DNA of 64,000 nucleotides, taken from assembly GCA_039815375.1 (NCBI GenBank), contig JBCBZJ010000004.1:96001-160000 (forward strand). The letters run 5' to 3'. Below are positions 50,060 through 59,596 of this stretch, one piece after another. The stretch comes from Verrucomicrobiota bacterium. GTDB taxonomy: Bacteria; Verrucomicrobiota; Verrucomicrobiia; Opitutales; Coraliomargaritaceae. The notes under the pieces are model-generated. The model ran no database searches. It was not told where the DNA came from and saw only the letters and a list, made by a program, of their open reading frames with translations. Position 1 is the first letter of the stretch, and each line of letters starts with the position of its first letter. The position numbers and the translations under genes were made by a program.

Positions 50060-51567
50060 CGCATCGTTTTTTTTGCATTCCATAAAATCCAGGCAAAAGC
50101 CGGCCCCGCCGAAAGCGCACCGCGCATTCCAAGGGGAATGAACCCACCTTCAGGAGGGATTGGTAAAAAGTAGAGTGTTGCCCCCAGGCAGGCGGCAAAG
50201 AGTAAAATAGGTGCACCTGCGGAAAGGATATACCTGGCGTACTGCCATGGTCTGATTTTAAGGTAACTCAATGCCAGTGGAAGCACGAGTACCCACCCCA
50301 CCAATACAGTCGGAATAAGTGTGCCGAAGGCCACGCCCACGATCCCAAAGGTAAAAGCCAGCGCGATACTTATACCAACGTTACTTAAACCATCAATCAG
50401 CGCGAGGCCTAGCAGCTTCTTTTCATAGCCGCACATCATTAGAACCCGTTTGGAGCAACTGTTTGTCAGCTGCGAAGAAAAGATCGCAAAGAGAAGGACC
50501 TGGCCTACCATCAGCGTCGATTCCTCAATTGCTTCCAAACCGGTAAGCAGCTGAATGAGTGGTTCCAGATAAGCGGCACAAAGACCGTAAAGCGGCGTGC
50601 TGATCAGGAAGGTCAGACGGGAGGTTTTGAGCAATAAACTCTTCAACCCATCGGAATCGCCGGAAGCGTTCATACTGGCCGCTGCGGGGCTCAGCGCATC
50701 CTGGAGCTGGATCGTAAACAGGTTAAACATCTCCGCGACTTTGAAACCTGCCTGGTATGCGGCAATGACACCTACCCCCAAGGTGAAGCCAAGCACGGCC
50801 TGATCACTCTTGGCCATCAAGAGGTTGCTGAATGTGATTAAATACGCAGCAATGGAAAAACCCAACTGTGACTTCACCGCCGACCAGCGAAAATGCCTGG
50901 GCGAAAGCGAAACCTTCGGCAACTTGGCCCGAGCTACAAAAAGTGCACCAACATTGGGTAGAAGCGTGGTCATCACACTTACTGCAACAATGACCGGAAA
51001 GCTCGCACCAAGCCAAAGCGCAACCGCAATGCCTATGAAATTCAAAACGACCGAGCCCGTATTCAACCAATTCGCCAAGTCGATCCGCTGCAACCCGCGC
51101 AGAACTTCAGGGAAGAGGCCAAAAGGAAATGTCAGCGCCAGACCGGCAAAGAAGATCAGGTACGCCAGCATGTAAGTGCCACCGCTTTCTTCCGGAGTAC
51201 CGATCGCACCAAGGAATAGACTGCTAATCGCAAAGAAGAAAATCGCCAGCACTGCAGCAAGGCCAACAAAGGTCCAGAGCAGTGTGCTCAGCAAACAACT
51301 CAACTCTTCCCAATCACCCGTTGTGCTCTTTTCGGCAACCGCTTTCTGCGCCGTAAAACCAAAGCCAAAGTCCAGAAGGACACCATATCCAAAAAAAGAC
51401 CAAAGCAGGGACCAAAAGCCGAAGTCCGACTCGGAAAGACCACTGAACAATAAGCGAAAGAGCACCAGACCGAGCAATAGCCGCGTGATCGTGCGAATGT
51501 AGTTACTCACTGTGTTGCGCCAGAAATGGAGTTTCCACAGCGGCACTTCTTCAGCAATTTCGCTCAT
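50056..51567 (-). CDS. Wzx-type flippase (MATE-like polysaccharide transporter)
   Basis: Multi-TM, 503 aa; FGFWSL..LLDFGF, SDQAVLG and FGIVGVA patterns; EPS context. Confidence 0.85.
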   Translation of the reverse strand: MSEIAEEVPLWKLHFWRNTVSNYIRTITRLLLGLVLFRLLFSGLSESDFGFWSLLWSFFGYGVLLDFGFGFTAQKAVAEKSTTGDWEELSCLLSTLLWTFVGLAAVLAIFFFAISSLFLGAIGTPEESGGTYMLAYLIFFAGLALTFPFGLFPEVLRGLQRIDLANWLNTGSVVLNFIGIAVALWLGASFPVIVAVSVMTTLLPNVGALFVARAKLPKVSLSPRHFRWSAVKSQLGFSIAAYLITFSNLLMAKSDQAVLGFTLGVGVIAAYQAGFKVAEMFNLFTIQLQDALSPAAASMNASGDSDGLKSLLLKTSRLTFLISTPLYGLCAAYLEPLIQLLTGLEAIEESTLMVGQVLLFAIFSSQLTNSCSKRVLMMCGYEKKLLGLALIDGLSNVGISIALAFTFGIVGVAFGTLIPTVLVGWVLVLPLALSYLKIRPWQYARYILSAGAPILLFAACLGATLYFLPIPPEGGFIPLGMRGALSAGPAFAWILWNAKKTMR

Positions 51568-52688
51568 TACAATCCTATCGGTATAACTACGTCCGGAGAT
51601 TCGCCATCAAGGGTTTCCACAGAATTGGCACCTTCGCGAACAGCAATCGTAGTCGCTGCCGCATCGAAGATCACCCAAAAATAACGTTCTAATATTTTGA
51701 AAGGCCGATCCGGCACCCAAACAATATCAAAGGGCTTCAGCTCCACGTTTGTGACACGCCCGGCCAGGATACCCTTCAAGTCCACAACCGCTACCTTCGG
51801 CGAACTCAACGATCCACGAATAATCAACACCTTGTCGAGGTTCGCATCCGGAGTCGGCCCTTTTGCATGAGCAATCGCGGCGACCAGATTAATCTTATCC
51901 TTGTAACCCAGTGCTTGTGGCTGCATGACCGCACCGAGAATATGGATATTCTGCGATAGCGAAGAAGGCAGATAAACGTAGTCACCATCCTCAAGATAAA
52001 TGTTCTGGGACATGTCGCCCTGCTTGATGAGTGCCAGCAAGTCGACCGGGAGCACTTTGCCATCCCTTAACACAAAGCTGTTATCAAGATCTGCCAGTTC
52101 TTCGGTCGAACCGCTGAATCGCGAGGTAAACAAACCACCCGCAAGGGAAATCCCCTCCAACAAGGTCGTGGGCTGGTTCAGCGGATACAGTCCCGGCTTA
52201 TTCAAACGTCCTAATAGCCAGGCGCGCCGGCTCTTCACCTCTCGCAGGGTAACATTCACGCTAGGGCTGGAATAATCCTTACTGAGAGCGTCTTTCAGGC
52301 GATCGCTGATCTCGGCAATCGTTAAACCGTCGACCCGCACACCACCCGCCAAATCATAATAGACTCGACCATCCGGCATAACAAAGGTCTCGGAACGACT
52401 GCCACCAATACCCGTGATCTCGATTTCAAGCCAGTCTCCAACCCCAACCCGATAGGCCTTTAAACTCGGCTCCAACCATTTTGGATCAAGCTCTCGTTCC
52501 GGCTGAAGCAACTCAAAGGCTTCTTCGTCCAGAAGAGAATCATTGAGATCTCTCGGGTCGAAAATTTCCCGTGAGCCTAAGGCTTTATTAGATCCGATAT
52601 CAGGCAGATTGACCCTCACATGCTGACAGCCGGAAAAGGCCAGAAGCCCGACGTAGAGAAGAAAATGAGGAACCGCCCAGCGCATCAT
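51567..52688 (-). CDS. Polysaccharide export (OPX/Wza-like) lipoprotein with SLBB domains
   Basis: Lipobox-like LAFSGC, YRVGVGD...PDG PES motif and two SLBB-type repeats (LEDGDYVYLP, LKPFDIVWVP). Confidence 0.87.
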   Translation of the reverse strand: MMRWAVPHFLLYVGLLAFSGCQHVRVNLPDIGSNKALGSREIFDPRDLNDSLLDEEAFELLQPERELDPKWLEPSLKAYRVGVGDWLEIEITGIGGSRSETFVMPDGRVYYDLAGGVRVDGLTIAEISDRLKDALSKDYSSPSVNVTLREVKSRRAWLLGRLNKPGLYPLNQPTTLLEGISLAGGLFTSRFSGSTEELADLDNSFVLRDGKVLPVDLLALIKQGDMSQNIYLEDGDYVYLPSSLSQNIHILGAVMQPQALGYKDKINLVAAIAHAKGPTPDANLDKVLIIRGSLSSPKVAVVDLKGILAGRVTNVELKPFDIVWVPDRPFKILERYFWVIFDAAATTIAVREGANSVETLDGESPDVVIPIGL

Positions 52689-53761
52689 TCTTCATCCCTC
52701 CATCCCGTTCGATCAAACCATGGGTCCTGAATCAAGTCAGGCACGTTTTCGTTTACCCAAGTCGATGTGGCACTCTTGAGGAAATTCTGAATCGCAACAT
52801 CGATTATCTGCTCGGCCTTATACCATGGCCTGTTGTTCACATAAACGATATCCCCCGGCTGCAGCGCAAAGTCACGATCCCGTCCTTCGAGAATAGCTTC
52901 GACATTAATGACAAATTTCTCCGGATCACTGAGGCTGCCGCGAATGACAAGAACCCGCTTCTTCCATGAACCTTCGGTAAAGCCTTCCCTGCGGGTGACG
53001 GCAGAGATCACGCTGGCACGGTTGGAGAAGCCCTGCGCACCAGGCTGGGCAACCGCTCCCAAAACATAATATTCATTGGAAAGATTGGACGCGAGAAAGA
53101 TGTAGTCCTGCGGTTCGAGAAAAACGTTTTGCTGCAGATCACCCTCAAAGTAGAGCTTTGAAAAGTCCACATCGAGGCGTTCACCATTCCGTATGATAAA
53201 GGAGCGCTCCATGTCGGCAACTTCCACAGTCGATTGCTCAAAGAGTCCGGTCTCGATGCCACGGCTCCGGGCAATGGCTTCCAACAAGGTGATTGGTCGA
53301 TCCAGCGTGAAGACGCCCTTGTCGATCACTTTCCCAAGAATCACGTAGCGCTTACTCTTTAACTCCCAAGGCGTAATAATCAGCCGTGGGTTGCGGTAGT
53401 AATCGCCCAATGCTTTCTCCAATGCACCACGCAGCTCGTCGATCGTCATTTTATCTACCTGCAAACTATTCACCTGTAGATAGCTGAGCGTGCCGTCCGG
53501 TGCAATACGCACTCCTGGCCGGTCCAATTCGCCCCGACCATAGAAACGGATATTGATCACATCACTGGGGCCGAGGGTATAACGTTCGCGCCAGGAAACC
53601 AATGCTTCCACCAGATCTCGCTCAGACTCGGGCTCAGCCGCCTCCACGTCTTCAGGCTGCTCATTCACCGAGGCAATCTCGGCAGGCTTAAGCTCTTCTT
53701 CAGCCAAAGCTATCGTAGCCATAGCGAAAAGGCCGAACCATTTTCGGATACTTCGCATCAT
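52685..53761 (-). CDS. Second polysaccharide export (OPX-like) protein with SLBB domains
   Basis: Signal peptide without Cys; YTLGPSD...IAPDG, LEPQDYIF and LQPGDIVYV motifs. Confidence 0.87.
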   Translation of the reverse strand: MMRSIRKWFGLFAMATIALAEEELKPAEIASVNEQPEDVEAAEPESERDLVEALVSWRERYTLGPSDVINIRFYGRGELDRPGVRIAPDGTLSYLQVNSLQVDKMTIDELRGALEKALGDYYRNPRLIITPWELKSKRYVILGKVIDKGVFTLDRPITLLEAIARSRGIETGLFEQSTVEVADMERSFIIRNGERLDVDFSKLYFEGDLQQNVFLEPQDYIFLASNLSNEYYVLGAVAQPGAQGFSNRASVISAVTRREGFTEGSWKKRVLVIRGSLSDPEKFVINVEAILEGRDRDFALQPGDIVYVNNRPWYKAEQIIDVAIQNFLKSATSTWVNENVPDLIQDPWFDRTGWRDEE

Positions 53762-55743
53762 GTCTCTTCAGCCTTCGGTTCACGGCTTGCCAACATATTG
53801 AGAACCATCATCTCGATCCACTTCAGGACACGTGGAAGTGTGTTGTCTGTTTCCTGATCCACGATCAGCAAGCCATCCGCAGGGCCCAGCAACTTGCGCA
53901 TGATGTCACTTTTGTGGCTAGTCTCGTTGCGCTCTGCGATACTAGGGGAGTTGATTAAGTAATAGGCCTCCAACTTCTTCAACTGGGCGACCTCGTCAAC
54001 GATCGGGATTTTTGCCATCCGCACGAAGACCAGTTCATCCCCACTTTCAGGAATATCATCTAAAGAGTCATAAAAAGACTTCACCGCTTTGTGCTCACGA
54101 AGCCCAGCCACCAGATCATCGCTATTCGCACTTACGCTAATGAAGATCACCTGCCGATCTTCCGAGTGAACCAAATCAAGCAGGTCTCCCCAGAAGATCA
54201 TCTCCTCATCGCAGACATCGGTCGGCACAAAAAGAAAGTGCTTTCGTTGCACACCATCACCCGAAATCGCATGGGTGAGCCAAAAGCTCCGCAGGGCACG
54301 ACCATTTAAGGCACTTTCCTCTTTTCGGAATAGACGCCGAACACACCAAGAGGGTTTCTTTGCGCCCTCAGTAACATAGTTGAAAATCGGGAGTGCTCCA
54401 GTCGCAATGGCGGCTTCAAGCGGGGTGCGCAGACCCGGCTGGAGGGCCTCCCAAAAGAGCGCAATCAGCAGCGCAATCGCTAAACCACCGGCAAAGCCGA
54501 CAAAGCCAAGTAGAAGTGCTTTCACATTCTGAGAGCTGTAAGCCACTTCATTGAGGTCTGGCTCCTGAAAAACGCGCCAGTATCCAGGTGCCTTTGTTTC
54601 ATAAAACGAGGCTTCCTTACGGCGACTATCAAGCAGAGCCTGTGCATCAATCAGGAGATCACGGCGGCTCTTCAATTCGGAAAGTCGGAGCGCTTTCTCC
54701 GGCAAATCAGCAACGAGCACTTCCTGTTCAATCAGTCGTTGCTCCAGACTCTTTAACATTTTTTCCGTCTGCGTGCGCTCGTTCTGTAAAGCGATGATCT
54801 CGAGGTAAAGGTTGTTGCCGAGGTCGCTTCCGGTGAAATCCTTCAAATCTTCAACCGAAGCATCGGCAGTCGCCTCGAGCTGCTGGTTGATGTATTCGAT
54901 CTCGTAGAGCTTCTCCTTCACCAACGGATTTTCATCGGTATAGCGCCCACGAAGGAAAGTCAGTTCCTCACGCTTCTTCTTTATGTCGGCCTCGAGGGGA
55001 CTTTGCGCGCGCAGCTCCTCACGATAACGCTTGATCTGGACGTCTTTCGTCTCGAGAGCAATACGCATATTGGAAAGCTGTATCTTCGTATTTTCGAGCG
55101 TAGAAAGTGCGGTCTCAGTCTGTTTATCGACATCGACGAAGTTATTCTTTTTTGCGAAGTCGAGGATCTGCTGGTTTACCGCACCAAGCTGGCCCTCTAT
55201 CGCATCCAGTTGCTCGGAAATAAACTCCGCCATCTGGCGGGCCTCCTCTTTCTGAAGGTTATTGGTGAATCGGATAATTTCTTCCGCCCATACGGAAACC
55301 GTTTGAATCGCATCCTCGGCGCTGAGCCTCGAGTGGGCGGTTAAATAAAACAGCGAGGTATTCCGCTGCTTCGCAATCTCGACCATCGACTTGACCTGAC
55401 CGGGACTGCGTTCCGGCTCAAGCCGCACAGAAGTTCGATTCAGAACCTCGGTTGAATAAGTCGTCGAAAGCAAAGTATCGTCACTTAACTCCCGAGGCTT
55501 AAAGGCCTGTCCCGATTCGCTCGTCTGCACTGTATTCGGCACTTCTGATTTGATCAGCTGAAGGGAAACGGAGTAACGGTTATCCGTTTTCAATCCGCCG
55601 ACGAACCAACCGATACCACCCAGAACAATGGGCAAAATAATGAACCAAAGCCAACGCTGGCGGACACCGTAGAGCAAACGAAGCGGGTCAATCGGTATCG
55701 GAAAACTAAAGGCTTCTGGTGTTCGGTTTGAAGGAGGCGTCAT
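53758..55743 (-). CDS. Polysaccharide co-polymerase (Wzc/GumC-like) with degenerate kinase domain
   Basis: Two TMs flanking a coiled coil with RYTDENPLV; the C-terminal domain lacks a Walker A GxGKS and a Tyr cluster. Confidence 0.85.
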   Translation of the reverse strand: MTPPSNRTPEAFSFPIPIDPLRLLYGVRQRWLWFIILPIVLGGIGWFVGGLKTDNRYSVSLQLIKSEVPNTVQTSESGQAFKPRELSDDTLLSTTYSTEVLNRTSVRLEPERSPGQVKSMVEIAKQRNTSLFYLTAHSRLSAEDAIQTVSVWAEEIIRFTNNLQKEEARQMAEFISEQLDAIEGQLGAVNQQILDFAKKNNFVDVDKQTETALSTLENTKIQLSNMRIALETKDVQIKRYREELRAQSPLEADIKKKREELTFLRGRYTDENPLVKEKLYEIEYINQQLEATADASVEDLKDFTGSDLGNNLYLEIIALQNERTQTEKMLKSLEQRLIEQEVLVADLPEKALRLSELKSRRDLLIDAQALLDSRRKEASFYETKAPGYWRVFQEPDLNEVAYSSQNVKALLLGFVGFAGGLAIALLIALFWEALQPGLRTPLEAAIATGALPIFNYVTEGAKKPSWCVRRLFRKEESALNGRALRSFWLTHAISGDGVQRKHFLFVPTDVCDEEMIFWGDLLDLVHSEDRQVIFISVSANSDDLVAGLREHKAVKSFYDSLDDIPESGDELVFVRMAKIPIVDEVAQLKKLEAYYLINSPSIAERNETSHKSDIMRKLLGPADGLLIVDQETDNTLPRVLKWIEMMVLNMLASREPKAEET

Positions 55744-55772
55744 ATGATATTAATTTATTCAGAAACCGGATG

Positions 55773-56930
55773 CTATTTATCAGTCAGCCTAGCGGTCTCT
55801 AGATAGCTCTGGCAAGTAGCCATTGCAGCACGGCCCCAGTCAAACCTGGACGCATGAGAGCGCCCTTTGGCAAGACGCGCCTCACGTTCTAAAGCATTTT
55901 CAGTGCATAACTTTGTCATTGTGCGTGAGATTTCGTGCACATTTTCCGGATCAAAGTAAAGCGCTGCATCGCTACCGACTTCTGGCAGGCTGCCTCGGTC
56001 CGAAGTTGCGACTCGACAACCGCAGGCCAACGCCTCGAGGACCGGCAAACCGAAGCCTTCGATCAGACTGGGAAAAACCAATCCCTCCGCAGAAGCATAC
56101 CAGAGCGGCAGGTCGGCCTCATCGATAAAGCCGGGCATCCGAATATCCGCCGCAAATGGCGAACTTGCGGCCCGGGCTTCGATCACCTCAGCACCATGCC
56201 AGGGCGCACCGCCAAGCACCAACAGATGCTCCTGCCCTGTCTTCTTTCGGTAATCCTCATAAGCCTCAATCAAGCGAACGTGGTTCTTGCCCGGATGCTC
56301 CAGACGCGAAATAAACAAAAGAAAGGGTCGCTCGATGCCCTGTTTCGTGCAGAACGCCGCCGTCTCTTGAATTGTGCGGGGACGATAGACGCTGTGGTTC
56401 AATCCATTGTAAACGACATCCACACCAGTTTCCGGAAGTTTGAAGAATTCGACCAGATCTTGTTTCGTAAACTCGCTTACCGTGAGCACGTGCGCACAGC
56501 GGCGAGCCATCCAGGGCGCAACCTGACGACCAAACAGCCCACGCAGAAATCCGTATTTTTCGCGCAGGCGAAAAGGCGCACAATCATGAATCGTCGCAAG
56601 TTGTGCGATCGGGGAAAAAGCAAGGATGCGGCGATAGCTCGGGATATGGAGAAGATCGTAGCCTCCGGCCTTCAGCAGCGAGGGCAGCCTTCGCTGATGC
56701 CAGATCAGGTTTTTCAGGCCGCCTGCAGCCGCTTCGGGAATGGAAACCCAGCTCGCATCATCAATCGCTGCAAAGAGCTTTCGATCCGCATCAAGGCCTG
56801 CGATATGCAAATCCACTGTATCCATTTCAGCAATACGTGCAGCAAGCTCAACGACATAACGCCCCACTCCGGACAGACCACCCTGAATCATTCCGGCAGA
56901 GAGTAATACCTTGGGTCTCGAACTAAGCAT
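55773..56930 (-). CDS. Glycosyltransferase family 4 (mannosyltransferase-like)
   Basis: SGVGRY, TIHD, TVSEFTK, KNHVRL and FPSLIEGFGLPVLEA motifs. Confidence 0.92.
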   Translation of the reverse strand: MLSSRPKVLLSAGMIQGGLSGVGRYVVELAARIAEMDTVDLHIAGLDADRKLFAAIDDASWVSIPEAAAGGLKNLIWHQRRLPSLLKAGGYDLLHIPSYRRILAFSPIAQLATIHDCAPFRLREKYGFLRGLFGRQVAPWMARRCAHVLTVSEFTKQDLVEFFKLPETGVDVVYNGLNHSVYRPRTIQETAAFCTKQGIERPFLLFISRLEHPGKNHVRLIEAYEDYRKKTGQEHLLVLGGAPWHGAEVIEARAASSPFAADIRMPGFIDEADLPLWYASAEGLVFPSLIEGFGLPVLEALACGCRVATSDRGSLPEVGSDAALYFDPENVHEISRTMTKLCTENALEREARLAKGRSHASRFDWGRAAMATCQSYLETARLTDK

Positions 56931-58389
56931 TTACCCTCCCCTCGACCAGGAGATCGTAAACGCCCGTCATACGCATGGTTTGCAAAGCTTGCTCTTTGGG
57001 ACGAATGACCCGAAGCCGCAGTCCCCTTGAGTGCAGTGAGCGGTATGCATTGAGAAGCTGGGAGATAGCGAAGGAATCGAGCATCTCTAAATCGGACAGA
57101 TCGAGCATAAGGATTTCGCCTTCCAAGAGCTCCTCTACGGCTTGGTTCAGAACTTCCTGGCACTCAAGATGATCTTTCCTACCAAAAGGTGATAGCAGCT
57201 TAATGACTTTTTCCTTGAGAACATGGGCAGGGCCGAGTTGAGCCATAACGAAATCCATCGCCTCGCGTTCGTCATGATAGGAGGGGAGCTGAGCATCAAG
57301 ATGCATGGCCTGAATCACTTTTTCGACGACTTCAGATGGATGAACGAGACCAAAGATCACACCAGCTGCATGGGACTCACGGGCAACCTTTGCCAACAAG
57401 CCTATGCCGGAACTGTCGATAAAGCTGACGCCACTAAGATCAAGAAAGAGAGGACGATCATAGCCTGGAGGCAGCGGTATCGTATCGAGATTTCCTCGTT
57501 CGACTTCTCCACCCCACGACAGGAAGTTGCACTCGTGCTCCCCTGCCTGAGGCACGTAGCAAGTTGGAGCTTGAGAGATGGCTTCTTCCTCAAGGCGCGG
57601 CGATTTCTGATCTGAGACAACAGGCTTCTGAGCCGTTAACTGGCGTTGGCGATTCGCGAGCACGGCGAGATAATAAAAATCTTTTGCGTAGCGTTTCACC
57701 AAGCGCTTCGGATTCATTGCCATCCGCCAGCACCACTCCATACCGACCTTCTGCACCCAGACCGGTGCACGGGTTTGCGTGCCGCAGATGAAATCAAGTG
57801 AGGCACCAATTCCTATTGAAAGAGGGACGCCAGCCTGCTCGTAAAAACGCGAAATCCAATACTCCTGCTTCGGGCAGCCCACCGCGACAAGTAGCAGATC
57901 CGGCCTTGTCGCATGGACATCCTTGATGATTTCTTCATTGGGCCATGCGTCGACGGAGCAGAAAGGCGGCGAGAACGCCCCCACTACTTCCATGCCTGGA
58001 TAGTCCTTCGCCAGAATCGATTTGGTCTGGGCAAGCGTCTCCGTATCGGAGCCGAGAAAGTAGACTTTCCAGTTTCGCCCATCGGCCTCCCTGAACAATC
58101 GAAAGACCATATCAGAGCCTGCCACACGTTCGGGCAGAACCGGCTTGAAGTAGCGGGAGAGCCAGACCAGAGGCATACCATCACAGACCACACGATCGGC
58201 ATGAAAGAGAATATCCTTCAGCCCTTCGTTGCTGTAGGCTTGAGCAATGAAGTCGGCATTTGCTGTAACATAATAACCGGGCTTGCGGGCTTCAACCTGC
58301 GCCACGGCATCGCCAACCGTCTCCTCCATAGTGATAACATGGAAAGGCAAGCCCAGTAGAAAGGCTACATCACGGTCAGTTTTGATCAT
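56923..58389 (-). CDS. WecB/TagA/CpsF glycosyltransferase fused to two STAS domains
   Basis: TANAD, CDGMP, ERVAGSD, VAVGCPKQE and GMEWCWR..PKRLVKRY, then STAS 1 (LDLSGVSFIDSSGIG) and STAS 2 (LDLSDLEMLDSFAI). Start at 58389 from the ATGA overlap. Confidence 0.92.
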   Translation of the reverse strand: MIKTDRDVAFLLGLPFHVITMEETVGDAVAQVEARKPGYYVTANADFIAQAYSNEGLKDILFHADRVVCDGMPLVWLSRYFKPVLPERVAGSDMVFRLFREADGRNWKVYFLGSDTETLAQTKSILAKDYPGMEVVGAFSPPFCSVDAWPNEEIIKDVHATRPDLLLVAVGCPKQEYWISRFYEQAGVPLSIGIGASLDFICGTQTRAPVWVQKVGMEWCWRMAMNPKRLVKRYAKDFYYLAVLANRQRQLTAQKPVVSDQKSPRLEEEAISQAPTCYVPQAGEHECNFLSWGGEVERGNLDTIPLPPGYDRPLFLDLSGVSFIDSSGIGLLAKVARESHAAGVIFGLVHPSEVVEKVIQAMHLDAQLPSYHDEREAMDFVMAQLGPAHVLKEKVIKLLSPFGRKDHLECQEVLNQAVEELLEGEILMLDLSDLEMLDSFAISQLLNAYRSLHSRGLRLRVIRPKEQALQTMRMTGVYDLLVEGRVNA

Positions 58390-59594
58390 AGCTTCGTTAG
58401 ATATTGGTTCAGCTTGGCCCCGAGTTGCTCCCAAAGGTAATTGGATCGAACGGTTACAAGTCCGACGGCTTCAAGTGACAGGCGCAGCTCCTCATCATTC
58501 AACAAACGAACCACTGCATCAGCCATACCGGTCTCGGTATCGGCCAGGAGAATATCCTTCTCATTTTCGAGATCGAGCCCCTGTGCGCCCAAGGTGGTGG
58601 ATACGACGGGGCAGCACATACCGAGCGACTCGACAATCTTGAGGCGGGTACCGCCGCCAATCCGCAGCGGAACCACCTGTGACCAGGAAGACTGGTAGTA
58701 CGGGCGAACATCAGGCACTTCGCCAACCAGCTCGATACCATCAATTGCGGTCCAACGTTCGGAGCGGGCATCTGGTGATTTACCGACTATGCGCAGGACT
58801 GCCTCCGGTATTTCCTGATGGATTTTTGGCCAGATCGAATCGGCAAACCAATTCATCGCGTCGACGTTGGGCGAGTAATCGAGTGCACCGCAAAACAGAA
58901 CCGTCGGGCTATCGGTGAGTTGGCGCGGGTAGGCCTCAGCGTCAAAAAACTCTGCCGTGTAACCGTTCGCGAGAACAAAGACCTTGTCGGCATCACCGAG
59001 CTTTTCCTCAAGGAAAATCTTATCATCCCAGCCGCAGACAATCATTCCGGAAAGGGCCGCGTAAGCCTCGCGCTCAAGTCGGGCGATTTTTCCAAGATTC
59101 TCTTTTCGCAGAAAGCGTTCCTTAAAAGACAACTTGAGCGTGTTGAACTCTTCCGTCTGAAAAAGCCAATCCACCCGGCTGCGGTCCATGATACGGCAAG
59201 GGTGATCCGGGAAGAGCTCACGTATATAGGGCCAAAGCACGAGATCGATAAAGACGACGCGGTCATAATCCTGGCCCTGGACAAATCCTCGTAATGCGTC
59301 AGCCACGCCCTCGACCTGCCAATGCTGCACCGTAGTGGGCAAAGAGTTCAGCAAACGGTCGGGAAAGAGCCGCTGCCATGGAGCATTCTTGAATGGTATC
59401 GCCAGCCTCCGTGCGGTGTAGGGCTCAAAGGGCTCCATCGTGCGGGAGGCATCTTCCTGTAGGCAGGCCAGATCAATCTCAAAGGACTTCGACAATTCAA
59501 TAAAGAGATGAAACACGCGTTGGTAAGTGCCCCGATCTACCGGAAAGGGAATGTAGGGCATAAAAAGAAAAACACGTGGTTTTGCCGAAGACAT
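58386..59594 (-). CDS. Glycosyltransferase family 4
   Basis: PFPVDRG, FCGALDYSPN and VPLRIGGGTRLKIVE motifs. Start adjusted to ATG at 59594. Confidence 0.9.
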   Translation of the reverse strand: MSSAKPRVFLFMPYIPFPVDRGTYQRVFHLFIELSKSFEIDLACLQEDASRTMEPFEPYTARRLAIPFKNAPWQRLFPDRLLNSLPTTVQHWQVEGVADALRGFVQGQDYDRVVFIDLVLWPYIRELFPDHPCRIMDRSRVDWLFQTEEFNTLKLSFKERFLRKENLGKIARLEREAYAALSGMIVCGWDDKIFLEEKLGDADKVFVLANGYTAEFFDAEAYPRQLTDSPTVLFCGALDYSPNVDAMNWFADSIWPKIHQEIPEAVLRIVGKSPDARSERWTAIDGIELVGEVPDVRPYYQSSWSQVVPLRIGGGTRLKIVESLGMCCPVVSTTLGAQGLDLENEKDILLADTETGMADAVVRLLNDEELRLSLEAVGLVTVRSNYLWEQLGAKLNQYLTKL

Positions 59595-59596
59595 CT

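Noticed and set aside
55935..56906. 323-aa plus-strand ORF
   Set aside because: Lies entirely antisense to a clear GT4 gene and has no motifs; shadow ORF from codon bias.
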